Source: Ignavibacteriota bacterium
Lineage (GTDB): Bacteria > Bacteroidota > Ignavibacteria > UBA10030
Length of the DNA stretch: 64,000 nt
Assembly (NCBI GenBank): GCA_963727825.1
Contig: CAVSHO010000008.1
Span: forward strand, 130,675 to 194,674
Direction of reading: 5' to 3'
The position numbers were made by a program, and so were the translations under genes. This document shows positions 29,231 through 39,839 of this stretch, piece by piece; position 1 is the stretch's first letter; each line of letters begins with the position of its first letter. Below the pieces are notes generated by a model, which did not search any database, was not told the DNA's origin, and worked only from the letters and a program-made list of their open reading frames with translations.

Positions 29231-29317
29231 CGGAGAGAGTGGGATTCGAACCCACGGTACCCTTACGGATACACTACCTTTCCAGGGTAGCCAATTCAAC
29301 CACTCTTGCATCTCTCC
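29231..29317 (-). tRNA. tRNA-Ser(GGA)
   Basis: GGAGAGA acceptor, anticodon arm CTACC-CTGGAAA-GGTAG, long variable arm, T-arm GTGGGTTCGAATCCCAC. Confidence 0.97.
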
Positions 29318-29372
29318 AAGTGATCAAATATCCTAATCTATTATCTCATTTCCAAATAATAGCTGGAAAAAG

Positions 29373-29459
29373 CGGAGAGGGAGGGATTCGAACCCTCGAT
29401 AACCTTGCGGCTATTCCGGTTTTCGAGACCGGTCGATTCAACCACTCTCGCACCTCTCC
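29373..29459 (-). tRNA. tRNA-Ser(CGA)
   Basis: GGAGAGG acceptor, anticodon arm CCGGT-CTCGAAA-ACCGG, long variable arm, T-arm GAGGGTTCGAATCCCTC. Confidence 0.97.
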
Positions 29460-29583
29460 GAGTTTGGTCTCTATGGTTGAAATATACAGAAAAGAGGAAA
29501 GAATTCAAAGATGATGAAACCTTCTTTGCCGTAAGAATGTTCTTATATTTGAATTCACAATGAAAAAATAGGAGGATATCAAT

Positions 29584-30048
29584 ATGGCAATCAATGTTGG
29601 AAGTAAAGCGCCAGAATTCACTTTATTTGACGAAGATAAGAAATCCCGCTCTCTCTCTGAGTTTCTCGGAAAGAAAGTTGTTCTCGCTTTTTTCCCCGGT
29701 GCGTTTACAGGAGTATGTACTAAAGAACTTTGTGCGTTCCGTGACTCGATGTCTAATTTTAATAATCTTAATGCACAGGTAATTGGAATCAGTGTTGACT
29801 CACCTTTTGCAAACAAAGCATTTGCAACGCAAAACAATCTACAGTTTCCTTTGCTGAGTGATTATATGCGCGTGGTGAGCAAACAATACTGCGGTGTGTA
29901 TGAAGATTTTGCCGGGATGAAAGGATACAGCGCTTCGAAACGTGCAGTATTTATCGTTGATGCGAACGGCAACGTGAAATATGTTTGGGTATCAGAAAAT
30001 CCAGGTGTGGAACCGGATTACAATGCAATCACTCAAGCACTTAAGTAA
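29584..30048 (+). CDS. Peroxiredoxin (AhpE/BCP-like)
   Basis: FFPGAFTGVCTKELC peroxidatic motif; SD AGGAGG. Confidence 0.92.
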   Translation: MAINVGSKAPEFTLFDEDKKSRSLSEFLGKKVVLAFFPGAFTGVCTKELCAFRDSMSNFNNLNAQVIGISVDSPFANKAFATQNNLQFPLLSDYMRVVSKQYCGVYEDFAGMKGYSASKRAVFIVDANGNVKYVWVSENPGVEPDYNAITQALK

Positions 30049-30113
30049 AAAAATCTTAAGAATCTCTTTTGAATTTTAATCAGATTATCCCTATTCTATG
30101 ATAAGGAAAAGTT

Positions 30114-30566
30114 ATGCTCAAGATTGGTCAAACGGCACCTGACTTCAAACTTGCGTCTGGCGGTGGAAAAACAATTAGTCTGAAAGATTTTGCCGGCAAG
30201 AACATCGTTCTTTATTTCTATCCGAAAGATAATACTTCCGGCTGTACAAAGGAGGCGTGCTCATTCGAGAGTAATCTTAAAGCGATTAAAAAAAGAAATG
30301 CAGTTGTTATCGGCGTAAGCGCGGATAGTGTTGACTCGCACGTGAAGTTTGCCAAGAAGTATGGGTTGAGCTTTCCATTGCTCAGTGATGAGAAAAAAGA
30401 AACGATTAAAGATTATGGTGTGTGGAAAGAAAAATCAATGTACGGCAAAAAATATTTTGGCATCGAACGTACAACCATAGTAATCGATGAAAAAGGAATT
30501 GTTCAGCAGATCTTCAAAAAGGTGAAGGTGGACGGCCACACCGATGAAGTACTATCGGTATTATAA
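30114..30566 (+). CDS. bcp: Thioredoxin-dependent thiol peroxidase Bcp
   Basis: YFYPKDNTSGCTKEAC, KSMYGK and GIERTT. Confidence 0.95.
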   Translation: MLKIGQTAPDFKLASGGGKTISLKDFAGKNIVLYFYPKDNTSGCTKEACSFESNLKAIKKRNAVVIGVSADSVDSHVKFAKKYGLSFPLLSDEKKETIKDYGVWKEKSMYGKKYFGIERTTIVIDEKGIVQQIFKKVKVDGHTDEVLSVL

Positions 30567-30583
30567 AAAAAGGATGATAACTT

Positions 30584-31000
30584 ATGGCAAAGATGTACCT
30601 CACTCGAAGAGAAGTTTTTAGTGCCTCGCATCGTCTTTGGAATCATGAATTATCAGACGCCCAGAATATCGAATTGTTCGACAAGTGTGCAAATCCAAAT
30701 GGCCATGGACATAATTTTATTCTCGAAGTTACTGTTGCTGGAAATGTGAAAGGCGAGAGCGGTTTTGCAGTTGATTTTAGAAAACTTAAAGACCTTCTGC
30801 GAACAGAGATCATTGAAAAGGTTGATCATAAACATTTAAACTACGATGTCGATTTTTTGAAGGGAACAATTCCAACTGCGGAAAACATAGTTCGTGCTTT
30901 TTGGCGTGTGCTGGAATTAAAGATTGGTGAGGAGATACTTTATTCCATCCGCCTGCACGAGACAGAAAATAATATAGTAGAATATCGAGGCGAAGAATGA
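30584..31000 (+). CDS. queD: 6-pyruvoyl-tetrahydropterin / 6-carboxytetrahydropterin synthase
   Basis: [24 protein letters not shown] and PTAEN. Confidence 0.88.
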   Translation: MAKMYLTRREVFSASHRLWNHELSDAQNIELFDKCANPNGHGHNFILEVTVAGNVKGESGFAVDFRKLKDLLRTEIIEKVDHKHLNYDVDFLKGTIPTAENIVRAFWRVLELKIGEEILYSIRLHETENNIVEYRGEE

Positions 31001-31575
31001 AGATTGGACATAATGGTCGGAAAGAAACACTTATCAAAGAGTTGCTCGTTGAACTTGGTGAAGATCCGCAACGTGAAGGATTGATAAGAACTCCGGATCG
31101 TGTCGCGAGGATGTACGAATATTTGATGAAGGGATATCAGCAAAATATTGACGAAGTCATGAACGACGCTGTCTTTGAAGAAAAATACAGCGAGATGGTG
31201 ATTATTAAAGATATCGATTTCTTCTCAATGTGCGAGCATCACCTCATTCCATTTTTTGGTAAGTGCCATATTGCTTACATTCCAAATGGCAGTATTGTGG
31301 GTCTTAGCAAAATGCCGCGCATTGTAGAAGTGTTTGCGCGACGTCTGCAAGTTCAAGAAAGAATGACACAACAGATTGCCGATACACTGTATCAGTATCT
31401 TAAACCGATGGGTGTTGCTGTAGTGATGGAGGCACAGCATTTATGTATGATTATGCGTGGTGTCGAGAAACTCAATTCCATTGCGACTACAAGCGCAATG
31501 CTCGGCGCGTTCCGTAATGATGTGAAGACACGAAGCGAATTTCTCACACTCATCAGCAGAAACTCATTAGGCTAA
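30997..31575 (+). CDS. folE: GTP cyclohydrolase I
   Basis: [26 protein letters not shown] and HLCM.MRGV. Confidence 0.97.
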   Translation: MKIGHNGRKETLIKELLVELGEDPQREGLIRTPDRVARMYEYLMKGYQQNIDEVMNDAVFEEKYSEMVIIKDIDFFSMCEHHLIPFFGKCHIAYIPNGSIVGLSKMPRIVEVFARRLQVQERMTQQIADTLYQYLKPMGVAVVMEAQHLCMIMRGVEKLNSIATTSAMLGAFRNDVKTRSEFLTLISRNSLG

Positions 31576-31723
31576 TGGAGGCAGAATAATTCTTTGTTGC
31601 TGTTTTACAGTCTCGGCCTGCCTGGTTAATAATTTTATTAAACCACCTGGGTAGGTATTTTTAGTTTGAAGGTCATGTCAGTGCATCTTGATACACTGAC
31701 CACCATTTAATATATTGTTAGCA

Positions 31724-34009
31724 ATGAAGAAACACTTACACTACGTCCGATTCTGCCTAATTTGCCTTTTTCTTGTGGCGGCATTTTTCTTTAGCGGTTG
31801 TTCTGTCTTTTCTTCTATAGGCGATACGATCTCACAGGGGTACGAAAACATGGTTTCGTACTTTAATGGATATTATAATGCCAAAAATCTGTTTAACGAT
31901 GCGGAAGATGAAATCAAAACGGCGGCACTCCTTGCACGAGGAAGAGCAGACTCATCAGGACAGGCTAATCAAATTCCGGGAACAGCGAAACAGAAGCTGG
32001 GGCAGGTAATTGATAAGTGTTCCAATATTCTCGCGTTTCATCCTTCCAGCAGTTTAGTGGATAATTCGCTCTTCCTCATTGGGAAGTCTTTTTTCTATCA
32101 GATGGAGTATCGAAAGGCGGAACGAAAATTTGCCGAATTGTTGGCACAGTTTCCAAACAGTTCATTGGCATTGGAGGCACAACTTTGGTACGCGCGAACA
32201 GAAGAGAAATTGGGGAAATTTAATGACTGCATTCGTTTGAGCGAGGCTACTATATCGGCTGCACAAACAAGTCATGAAAACGAAATCGAAGCTCAAGCCC
32301 ACAAATTGCTCGGCGTGCTCTATCGCCGGATGAGCCAAACAGATAAATCAATTGCTGAATATGAAAAAGTAATTTCTGTTTCATCTGATGATGCAACTAG
32401 AGGTGATGCGCAAATAAGTCTTGGGGATATCTACTTCACAAACGGTCAGTATAAAGAGGCGGCTGAGGTTTATCTCCGAACTGAAGATTACACCTCTGAT
32501 ATTTATTCAAATTATTACAGTAAGTTGCAGGCGTCAATCGCTTATCGTGAAATTGGAGAGCTGAAAAAAGAATTAACTCTGGTTAATGCAATGATTGATG
32601 ATTTTCATAATAGGGAATATTTGTCAGCAATACTCTTTGAACGGGCTAATAACTATATCGCAAGCGGCAGGCGAGATGATGCGATTAACGAGTATATTAT
32701 TATAGACACTTCTTACGCTCACACTGAATACGCCATGCGCTCAGCTTATAAACTTGGAAAGATTTTTGAGACGGAACTTGGACTTTACGATCGGGCACTG
32801 AAATATTATTCGGAAATAAATGTTGCCACAGGACCGAATATTGTAGCAGATGGTCGACGAAAATTCATGGCAATCACGCGCTATTTTGGTGCTCGGCATC
32901 AATTGGATATTGCGGATAGTTTATTATTGGTTCTTAGTGATACAACACGTAAAATAATTCCCGATACGCTTAAAACCATAGCCATTGATTCAATACATCA
33001 AAGGACTACGCAAGTTGATTCGCTCTCTATGATTTCCAATATTGATTCACTTAAAGTGAAGAGCCCTATATCGGATACAACACAACATAAACCTGCCCAA
33101 GTTACTATACATCCCGCGCTCCCGAGCTCTTCACTCTCCGTGACTTCCAATATTGATTCACTTAAAATAAAGAACCATGTTTCGGATACTACACACCATA
33201 AGCTTGCCCAAGATACTGTCCAGGCCACGCTCCCGAGCGCTGATTCGCTTCGTATACTCAAGTCTATTGCCGCGCAGGAATTGGGTGATATTTTTTATTC
33301 AGAAGTTGTGGAACCTGATTCGGCGTTCTATTGGTATAATCGTTCTCTTTTATGGAATTATAAAAATTCCCGCAGCCCGCGTATTCTATTCATACTCGCA
33401 GAGCTTTCTAGAACTAATCCTGATAAGAAATTTCCTGCTCCCGAAGAATACTATTCGCGTCTTGATCATGATTTTCCTGAATCGATTTATGCAGAGGAAG
33501 CGCGTCGATTCCTTAATAAAGCAACCGCTGTGATGAAAACTGATACCGCGTTGGAATACTATGCACAATCCGAAAAACAAATTGATGCAAGACAATATGA
33601 AAAAGCAATTGAAACTCTACGCTCTATTGTTCAGTCATTTCCAAAATCACCCGTAGCGGCTAAGAGTGAATATGCGATTGGATGGATTATGGAAAATCGA
33701 CTTGCACAACCGGAAAGTGCAATGGTGCAATATAAGCGGGTCGTGAAGAATTACGCAGGTACAACATACGCACTTGCCGCATCAAGAAGATTTGATGAAG
33801 TTATACGGCCTGATACAGTAAAAACGGATACAGTAAAGATGAAAAATAATTTACAGATCCGGAAATCGGTTATTCAAGATAGTGTTCAAAGAAATACAAG
33901 TGGATTGGAAAAGGATACGGTGAAACAGTTGCCGATTTCTCCACGGAGTGATATTGAGAATGAACAAAAGAAAAAGGCTGCAACGAAGCCGAAGGTTCTC
34001 GACTATTGA
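31724..34009 (+). CDS. TPR-repeat lipoprotein (PorW/SprE-like)
   Basis: Lipobox FSGC, YFNGYYNA segment, multiple TPRs and D(S/T)-rich linkers. The T9SS-component assignment is tentative. Confidence 0.7.
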   Translation: MKKHLHYVRFCLICLFLVAAFFFSGCSVFSSIGDTISQGYENMVSYFNGYYNAKNLFNDAEDEIKTAALLARGRADSSGQANQIPGTAKQKLGQVIDKCSNILAFHPSSSLVDNSLFLIGKSFFYQMEYRKAERKFAELLAQFPNSSLALEAQLWYARTEEKLGKFNDCIRLSEATISAAQTSHENEIEAQAHKLLGVLYRRMSQTDKSIAEYEKVISVSSDDATRGDAQISLGDIYFTNGQYKEAAEVYLRTEDYTSDIYSNYYSKLQASIAYREIGELKKELTLVNAMIDDFHNREYLSAILFERANNYIASGRRDDAINEYIIIDTSYAHTEYAMRSAYKLGKIFETELGLYDRALKYYSEINVATGPNIVADGRRKFMAITRYFGARHQLDIADSLLLVLSDTTRKIIPDTLKTIAIDSIHQRTTQVDSLSMISNIDSLKVKSPISDTTQHKPAQVTIHPALPSSSLSVTSNIDSLKIKNHVSDTTHHKLAQDTVQATLPSADSLRILKSIAAQELGDIFYSEVVEPDSAFYWYNRSLLWNYKNSRSPRILFILAELSRTNPDKKFPAPEEYYSRLDHDFPESIYAEEARRFLNKATAVMKTDTALEYYAQSEKQIDARQYEKAIETLRSIVQSFPKSPVAAKSEYAIGWIMENRLAQPESAMVQYKRVVKNYAGTTYALAASRRFDEVIRPDTVKTDTVKMKNNLQIRKSVIQDSVQRNTSGLEKDTVKQLPISPRSDIENEQKKKAATKPKVLDY
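33035..33238 (+). repeat. In-frame tandem duplication, period 111 bp (37 aa)
   Basis: SNIDSLKVKSPISDTTQHKPAQVTIHPALPS versus SNIDSLKIKNHVSDTTHHKLAQDTVQATLPS. Confidence 0.85.
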
Positions 34010-34797
34010 ATATGACTCCAATGAGCAGGATGATTCAACAATTATGCAAAGTGCAATCTTGTCTTGAAGTCGCGGCGAAAACTTTTCTACTCCGATTTAA
34101 TTCGCCGGAGATTGCAGCTTTAGCGAAGCCGGGACAATTTGTCAACATACTTGCCGTTAAAAATGGCGAAGCACCGCTCTTACGAAGGCCGTTTAGCATT
34201 TCTCGTGTTGAGGACGACATTATTGAATTAATTTTTCACGTTGTTGGGATTGGCACAAATCTTCTTTCTCAGAAAAAAAATGGAGATTGGATCGACGTTA
34301 TTGGTCCGCTCGGTCAGCCCTTTCATGGAAATGCCGAGTACGACACCGCGCTGCTCGTTGCCGGTGGAATCGGTGTAGCGCCGTTTCCTTTTCTAACAGA
34401 CAATTTATTAGAACGAGGTAAGCGTATTGAAACATTTGTCGGATACAGAAATGCTGGACAGGTTTTTACTGAGCATCTACAAAATGTCAGGATAGCGACA
34501 GATGATGGAAGCAATGGATTTCATGGAAATGTTATTCAACTTCTTGAGTCATCTCTTTATCAAGACAGTTTTGGCAAAGCGAAAATATTCGCTTGCGGTC
34601 CTACTGTAATGTTGAAGGCGCTCACCGAACTTGCTAAACGCAAGAACATCTGTTGCGAAATGTCATTGGAAGGACAAATGGCTTGCGGTTATGGTATTTG
34701 TCAAGGCTGTGCAATAGAACGCGCGGATGGCCCGGCAAAATATGCTCTCGTATGTAAAGATGGACCGGCGTTTCTTTCAACGGAAGTGAATTTATGA
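34006..34797 (+). CDS. pyrK: Dihydroorotate dehydrogenase electron transfer subunit
   Basis: LRRPFSI, GGIGVAP, ACGP..ML and MACGYGICQGC...CKDGP. Confidence 0.93.
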   Translation: MNMTPMSRMIQQLCKVQSCLEVAAKTFLLRFNSPEIAALAKPGQFVNILAVKNGEAPLLRRPFSISRVEDDIIELIFHVVGIGTNLLSQKKNGDWIDVIGPLGQPFHGNAEYDTALLVAGGIGVAPFPFLTDNLLERGKRIETFVGYRNAGQVFTEHLQNVRIATDDGSNGFHGNVIQLLESSLYQDSFGKAKIFACGPTVMLKALTELAKRKNICCEMSLEGQMACGYGICQGCAIERADGPAKYALVCKDGPAFLSTEVNL

Positions 34798-35762
34798 AGA
34801 CATTGTCAATGTCAGGCGGAATAAAAACATCATTCACAATTCGCGGTGTTGAATTTAAAAATCGTGTGTTTGTCGCTTCCGGTACATTTGGATACGGTGA
34901 TGAGATTTGCGATTTGGTCGATGTGAATCGGTTAGGTGGGATTTTTACTAAGTCGCTCTCGTGGAAGCCGCGTCCCGGCAATCCTCCACAGCGTATTGTT
35001 GAAACAGCGAGCGGCATGCTCAACTCAATTGGACTTGCTAACATCGGAGTCCAGGCGTTTATCGAACAAAAACTTCCTTTTCTACGCACAATTAAAACTC
35101 GCATTATTGTGAACATAGCTGCAAGTTCTCTTAAGGAATTCTGCGATGTTCTTAGTTTGTTGGAAGGGCAAGATGGAATTGCCGGTTACGAAATTAATGT
35201 TTCATGCCCGAATGTGAAAGAGGGCGGGTTGAATTTCGGAACCGATTGTAAAATGACCGCGGAAATTACTTCAAACCTTCGCAAATTGACGAATAAACCT
35301 CTTATCATCAAATTAACGCCAAATGTAACACATATTTCAGAATTTGCGCGTGCTACAGAGTCGGCTGGTGCGGATGCAGTGTCAGTTATTAATACGCTCA
35401 TCGGAATGGCGGTTGATATTAAAACACATAAACCGAAACTTTCTACTGTGACCGGCGGTCTTTCTGGACCAGCTATTAAGCCGGTTGCCTTGGCGAAAGT
35501 TTATGAAGTTGCCAAAGCAGTGAAAATTCCAATTTTTGGTGTTGGTGGAATTGCCAATATCGAAGATGCAATCGAGTTCTTGCTCGTGGGTTCAACTGCG
35601 GTGCAAATCGGTACAATGAACTTTATCGATCCGGCAATTTCTGTAAAGATCGCAGACGGTTTGGAAAATTATGCCCGCGAAAATAAAATCTCAGACATCA
35701 ACTCGCTTATTGGCGCGCTTGAAGCCGATATAAAGTTCTCAGTTCTTCAATCATGGTTGTGA
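34794..35762 (+). CDS. pyrD: Dihydroorotate dehydrogenase 1B catalytic subunit
   Basis: ASGTFGYG, NVSCPNV, KLTPNVT and GGLSGPAIKP. Confidence 0.96.
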   Translation: MKTLSMSGGIKTSFTIRGVEFKNRVFVASGTFGYGDEICDLVDVNRLGGIFTKSLSWKPRPGNPPQRIVETASGMLNSIGLANIGVQAFIEQKLPFLRTIKTRIIVNIAASSLKEFCDVLSLLEGQDGIAGYEINVSCPNVKEGGLNFGTDCKMTAEITSNLRKLTNKPLIIKLTPNVTHISEFARATESAGADAVSVINTLIGMAVDIKTHKPKLSTVTGGLSGPAIKPVALAKVYEVAKAVKIPIFGVGGIANIEDAIEFLLVGSTAVQIGTMNFIDPAISVKIADGLENYARENKISDINSLIGALEADIKFSVLQSWL

Positions 35763-35805
35763 CATATTAGAAAATCACATCGCTTATTTTCTGTATAACA
35801 ATACA

Positions 35806-37107
35806 TTGACATACACTGAATCTATCAAATTTCTCTATGGTCTCCAGAAGTTCGGGATGAAATTCGGATTGCAGGGGATCCGAACATTGCTCACTTCGCT
35901 TGATCATCCGGAAAAACAATTTTCTTCAATTCACGTTGCCGGAACGAACGGTAAAGGTTCCACTGCTTCGATGATAGCCGCAATATTTACGGCTGCAGGC
36001 TACAAAACAGGTCTTTATACTTCGCCGCATCTTGTCAGTTTTAATGAACGAATCCGAGTTAATGGTAAGGAGATTTCTTCGCGAGCAGTATCTCGGCTCG
36101 CAACTGCAATCTATCCTGAAGTTAATAAAAACAACTTTACTTTTTTTGAAACTGTGACTGCGATGGCGTTTAAATACTTTGCCGAGGCTAAGGTAGATAT
36201 CGCTATTGTAGAAACCGGTTTAGGCGGCAGATTAGATGCTACAAATATTCTTCGGCCGCTAGTCTCTGTTATTACGACTATCGGATTGGAACACACACAG
36301 ATTCTCGGTGCGAATCTGGAAAAGATTGCCTTCGAAAAAGGAGGCATTATAAAGAAAGGAGTTCCTTGCGTCATAGGAGTAAAATCACGAAAGGCAGTTC
36401 GAGTTTTAAGTAATATCTGTGTCGAAAAGAAATCGCGATTGGTTCGAATCAATCCGAATAGAATTTTTATTCGTCATTCTTCACTCTATGGACTTATGAC
36501 GGATTTTTATATTAAGAGGGAAAAGATAAAAAATGTGCGAGTGTCGCTGGCAGGTGAACATCAAGCGATGAATGCGCTTCTCGCTATTTGTGCAGCTGAA
36601 ATTACTGCCCAGCGGAGTGATTTCAAAATAAATAATAAAGCAATTCGTGAAGGATTAGCACATATTCAGCTATTATCGGGAATTCAAGCACGCTTATCGA
36701 TTGTTCGGAAAAATCCTCTTGTCCTTGCCGATGTTGCACATAATCCAGAAGCAATGCTCACTCTTTGTGAGTCACTTAAACAATTAAACCTTGTAAAAAT
36801 TCATATTGTTTTTGGTCTGATGCAAGATAAGAATTATCTGATTATTATCTCAGCACTTCGCCAGATTGCAAAGAGTATTTACGTTGTAGAAGCACGAACT
36901 GAACGATCTCGACTTGCTGCTGAATTGGCTCGGGTAATTCGTCAGGAAGGGTTGGCTGTGAAAGAATTTCATAATGTTGCTGATGGCGTTTCAGCAGCTC
37001 TCAGGCAAAGTGATGGTACTCCTATACTTATTACCGGTTCTCATTTTGTTGTTGGAGAAGCACTCGCTTTCCTAAATAACGAAAAATACTTGACAATAAA
37101 CCAATAA
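35806..37107 (+). CDS. folC: Folylpolyglutamate/dihydrofolate synthase
   Basis: HVAGTNGKGS, YTSPHL, ETGLGGRLDATN and DVAHNP. Confidence 0.96.
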   Translation: MTYTESIKFLYGLQKFGMKFGLQGIRTLLTSLDHPEKQFSSIHVAGTNGKGSTASMIAAIFTAAGYKTGLYTSPHLVSFNERIRVNGKEISSRAVSRLATAIYPEVNKNNFTFFETVTAMAFKYFAEAKVDIAIVETGLGGRLDATNILRPLVSVITTIGLEHTQILGANLEKIAFEKGGIIKKGVPCVIGVKSRKAVRVLSNICVEKKSRLVRINPNRIFIRHSSLYGLMTDFYIKREKIKNVRVSLAGEHQAMNALLAICAAEITAQRSDFKINNKAIREGLAHIQLLSGIQARLSIVRKNPLVLADVAHNPEAMLTLCESLKQLNLVKIHIVFGLMQDKNYLIIISALRQIAKSIYVVEARTERSRLAAELARVIRQEGLAVKEFHNVADGVSAALRQSDGTPILITGSHFVVGEALAFLNNEKYLTINQ

Positions 37108-37118
37108 TCGAGTATCAT
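37090..37118 (+). promoter_or_regulatory. sigma70-like promoter of rho (about 170-nt leader)
   Basis: TTGACA-17 nt-TATCAT overlapping the folC end. Confidence 0.6.
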
Positions 37119-37295
37119 TGAAGTGCAAGTTGGTAGAGAAATTTTCATTTCCTATTTACCCAACCAAGGTTACTTCAAAAAATTTGTTCCAATCTAATTT
37201 ATTTATTAAAAATATTGTACTCTCGTTTTATAATATTATCAATGGAAACAATTTTTCTTCTCTTACTATCTAACTAACATCGAGGTATATTTTCC

Positions 37296-38549
37296 ATGCC
37301 AATGGACATAACTGAATTAAAAACAAAAAAGATTGCCGAGCTGAACACAATTGCCAAGGAACTCAATATCACGGGCTACAGCGATCTTCGTAAACAAGAT
37401 TTGATTTTTAAAATCCTTGAAGCACAGACCCAGAAAGATGGGTTGGGATTTAGTAAAGGCGTGCTTGAGGTGCTTCCAGACGGATACGGGTTTCTCCGTT
37501 CGGTTGATTATAATTATTTACCGTCGCCCGATGATATTTATGTATCGCCATCGCAGATTAAGAAGTTCGGACTGCGTACGGGCGATACAGTAAGCGGCCA
37601 AGTCCGCCCACCAAAAGAAGGCGAACGGTTTTTTGCGTTGCTTCGTGTTGAAGCGGTGAATGATGATCATCCGGATTTGATTCGCGAACGTGTATTATTT
37701 GAAAACCTAACGCCGATGTATCCGGCACAGAGGATCAAGTTGGAAACCATTCCCGGTGAATATGCTATGCGCATTCTCGATCTACTCGCACCGGTGGGAA
37801 AAGGTCAACGCGGTATGATCGTATCTCCTCCAAAAGCAGGCAAGACGATCCTTCTACAAAAGATGGCAAATAGCATCACACGCAATCATCCGGAAATAAA
37901 ATTGATTGTTTTACTAATCGATGAACGCCCGGAAGAAGTGACGGATATGGAACGCTCAGTAAGCGCAGAAGTTGTAAGTTCCACATTTGATGAACCGCCG
38001 GAGCGGCACGTGCAGGTTGCCGACATGGTATTGGATAAAGCTAAACGGCTGGTTGAAGCAAAAAAGGATGTTGTTATTCTTCTCGATAGCATCACACGCC
38101 TGGCACGAGCTCACAATACGGTTGTTCCGCACAGCGGCAAAATTCTTTCCGGTGGTGTAGATGCAAATGCATTGCATCGTCCGAAACGATTCTTCGGCGC
38201 TGCAAGAAATATTGAAGAAGGCGGAAGTCTTACCATTATTGCTACTGCGCTTGTCGAAACTGGAAGTAGAATGGACGAAGTGATATTTGAAGAATTCAAA
38301 GGTACTGGCAACATGGAAATTGTGCTGGATCGCGGTCTAAGTGATAAGCGTATCTTCCCTGCGATCAATGTAAATCGATCTGGCACGCGCAAAGAAGAGA
38401 TACTTTTCGAACCCGATGATTTAAACCGTGTCTGGATTCTTCGCAAGTTCTTGAGCGATTTGGAACCGAACGAGGCAATGGAACTATTGCTTGATAAAAT
38501 GCGAGGCACTAAGACAAACAAAGAATTCCTAAAGGTGATGAATAGCTAA
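37296..38549 (+). CDS. rho: Transcription termination factor Rho
   Basis: [23 protein letters not shown] and [11 protein letters not shown]. Confidence 0.99.
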   Translation: MPMDITELKTKKIAELNTIAKELNITGYSDLRKQDLIFKILEAQTQKDGLGFSKGVLEVLPDGYGFLRSVDYNYLPSPDDIYVSPSQIKKFGLRTGDTVSGQVRPPKEGERFFALLRVEAVNDDHPDLIRERVLFENLTPMYPAQRIKLETIPGEYAMRILDLLAPVGKGQRGMIVSPPKAGKTILLQKMANSITRNHPEIKLIVLLIDERPEEVTDMERSVSAEVVSSTFDEPPERHVQVADMVLDKAKRLVEAKKDVVILLDSITRLARAHNTVVPHSGKILSGGVDANALHRPKRFFGAARNIEEGGSLTIIATALVETGSRMDEVIFEEFKGTGNMEIVLDRGLSDKRIFPAINVNRSGTRKEEILFEPDDLNRVWILRKFLSDLEPNEAMELLLDKMRGTKTNKEFLKVMNS

Positions 38550-38555
38550 AATTTG

Positions 38556-38599
38556 TGAGTCCCGATATTCCCCGGAATATCGGGACTCAGTTGTTTTTT
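38556..38599 (+). terminator. Long perfect hairpin / terminator after rho
   Basis: TGAGTCCCGATATTCC-CC-GGAATATCGGGACTCA followed by GTTGTTTTTT. Confidence 0.7.
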
Positions 38600-38697
38600 G
38601 GGAAGATTATTGTTCTTAATCAGAAATCCTTTTTCAAAGATAGGTAAAAAGTTTAATTTCCCATTTATCATTACTCGTTGAACGCTGTGCCATTGAC

Positions 38698-39075
38698 TTA
38701 GCATCCATCTGCATCACGCATTTCACATTTTTCTTTGAGATATTTTACAAATTGATTTTTACTATCGACGAGAATGTTGATAGGTTTTCTGGGGCGATCC
38801 GAAATCTGAAACGACATAATAATTACTTCATCGCCTTTGTGTACAAGATGGGCAGCTGCGCCATTTATTCCGACGACACCGGAGTCCTTCTTTCCCTTAA
38901 TGACGTAGGTCTCGAGCCTTTGGCCGTTCGTATTATCAACGACGAGCACTTTTTCATATTCACTCAAATCGGCAAGCTCCATTAATCGCTCATCGATTGT
39001 GATAGAACCAACATAATGGAGATCTGCGTTTGTTATTGTGGCTTTATGAATTTTTGAACGAAGGTAAATACGCAT
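38698..39075 (-). CDS. panD: Aspartate 1-decarboxylase
   Basis: [15 protein letters not shown] (G-S cleavage site), NGQRLETY and NGAAAH. Confidence 0.96.
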   Translation of the reverse strand: MRIYLRSKIHKATITNADLHYVGSITIDERLMELADLSEYEKVLVVDNTNGQRLETYVIKGKKDSGVVGINGAAAHLVHKGDEVIIMSFQISDRPRKPINILVDSKNQFVKYLKEKCEMRDADGC

Positions 39076-39225
39076 AGATTAATTCCTGTCCTATTATTCA
39101 CTGCAAAGTACTTACAAGTCGGCATATTTGCAAAGGGCACTAGCCATTGTTTGCATTTCTTGTTTTTGGCACGAAGATTTGGTACAATAACATAAGGTTT
39201 AATCGAAATTTTAAGGAGTGAATAT

Positions 39226-39831
39226 ATGAGCAAGGGACTGATTATTGGCTTATCAATTGTAGGTGGACTGATACTGGTAGTTGCTTTAATTATTGGATGG
39301 GCCGTTGGTGATTATAATAAAATTGTTGCAAAAAATGAAGGTGTGAAAAGTGCCTGGAGTCAAGTCGAAAACCAGTACCAGCGTCGTTACGATCTGATAC
39401 CAAATCTTGTTGAGACAGTTAAAGGTTATGCAAAGCAGGAAAAAGATGTACTCATTGGAGTTACAGAAGCACGCGCGAGTGTTGGACAAATGAAAGTGAC
39501 TCCTGAAGTATTGAATAATCCACAAGCGTTCCAAAATTTTCAAAAAGCACAAGATGGATTGGGTGCGGCATTGTCGCGCTTAATGGTCATCGTGGAAAAA
39601 TATCCCGATTTAAAATCCAATCAAAATTTTCTTGAACTTCAATCACAATTGGAAGGTACTGAAAATCGCATATCTGTCGAACGGCGTAGATTCAATGAAA
39701 TAGTACAAGATTTCAATACTATGATCAAAAGTTTTCCAATAAATATTATTGCGAACTTTGGTGGATTTCATGAAGCACAATATTTCCAATCCATTGCAGG
39801 GTCTGAAAAGGCGCCGCAAGTAAAATTCTGA
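39226..39831 (+). CDS. lemA: LemA family protein
   Basis: WSQVENQYQRRYDLIPNLVETVK, YPDLKS and GTENRI. Confidence 0.96.
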   Translation: MSKGLIIGLSIVGGLILVVALIIGWAVGDYNKIVAKNEGVKSAWSQVENQYQRRYDLIPNLVETVKGYAKQEKDVLIGVTEARASVGQMKVTPEVLNNPQAFQNFQKAQDGLGAALSRLMVIVEKYPDLKSNQNFLELQSQLEGTENRISVERRRFNEIVQDFNTMIKSFPINIIANFGGFHEAQYFQSIAGSEKAPQVKF

Positions 39832-39839
39832 GTATACCT

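Noticed and set aside
29239-29514. 91-aa + strand ORF
   Set aside because: Antisense shadow of the two tRNA-Ser genes.
31614-31705. Imperfect hairpins between folE and the TPR gene
   Set aside because: Stems are mismatched and lack a clear U-tract or a second copy.
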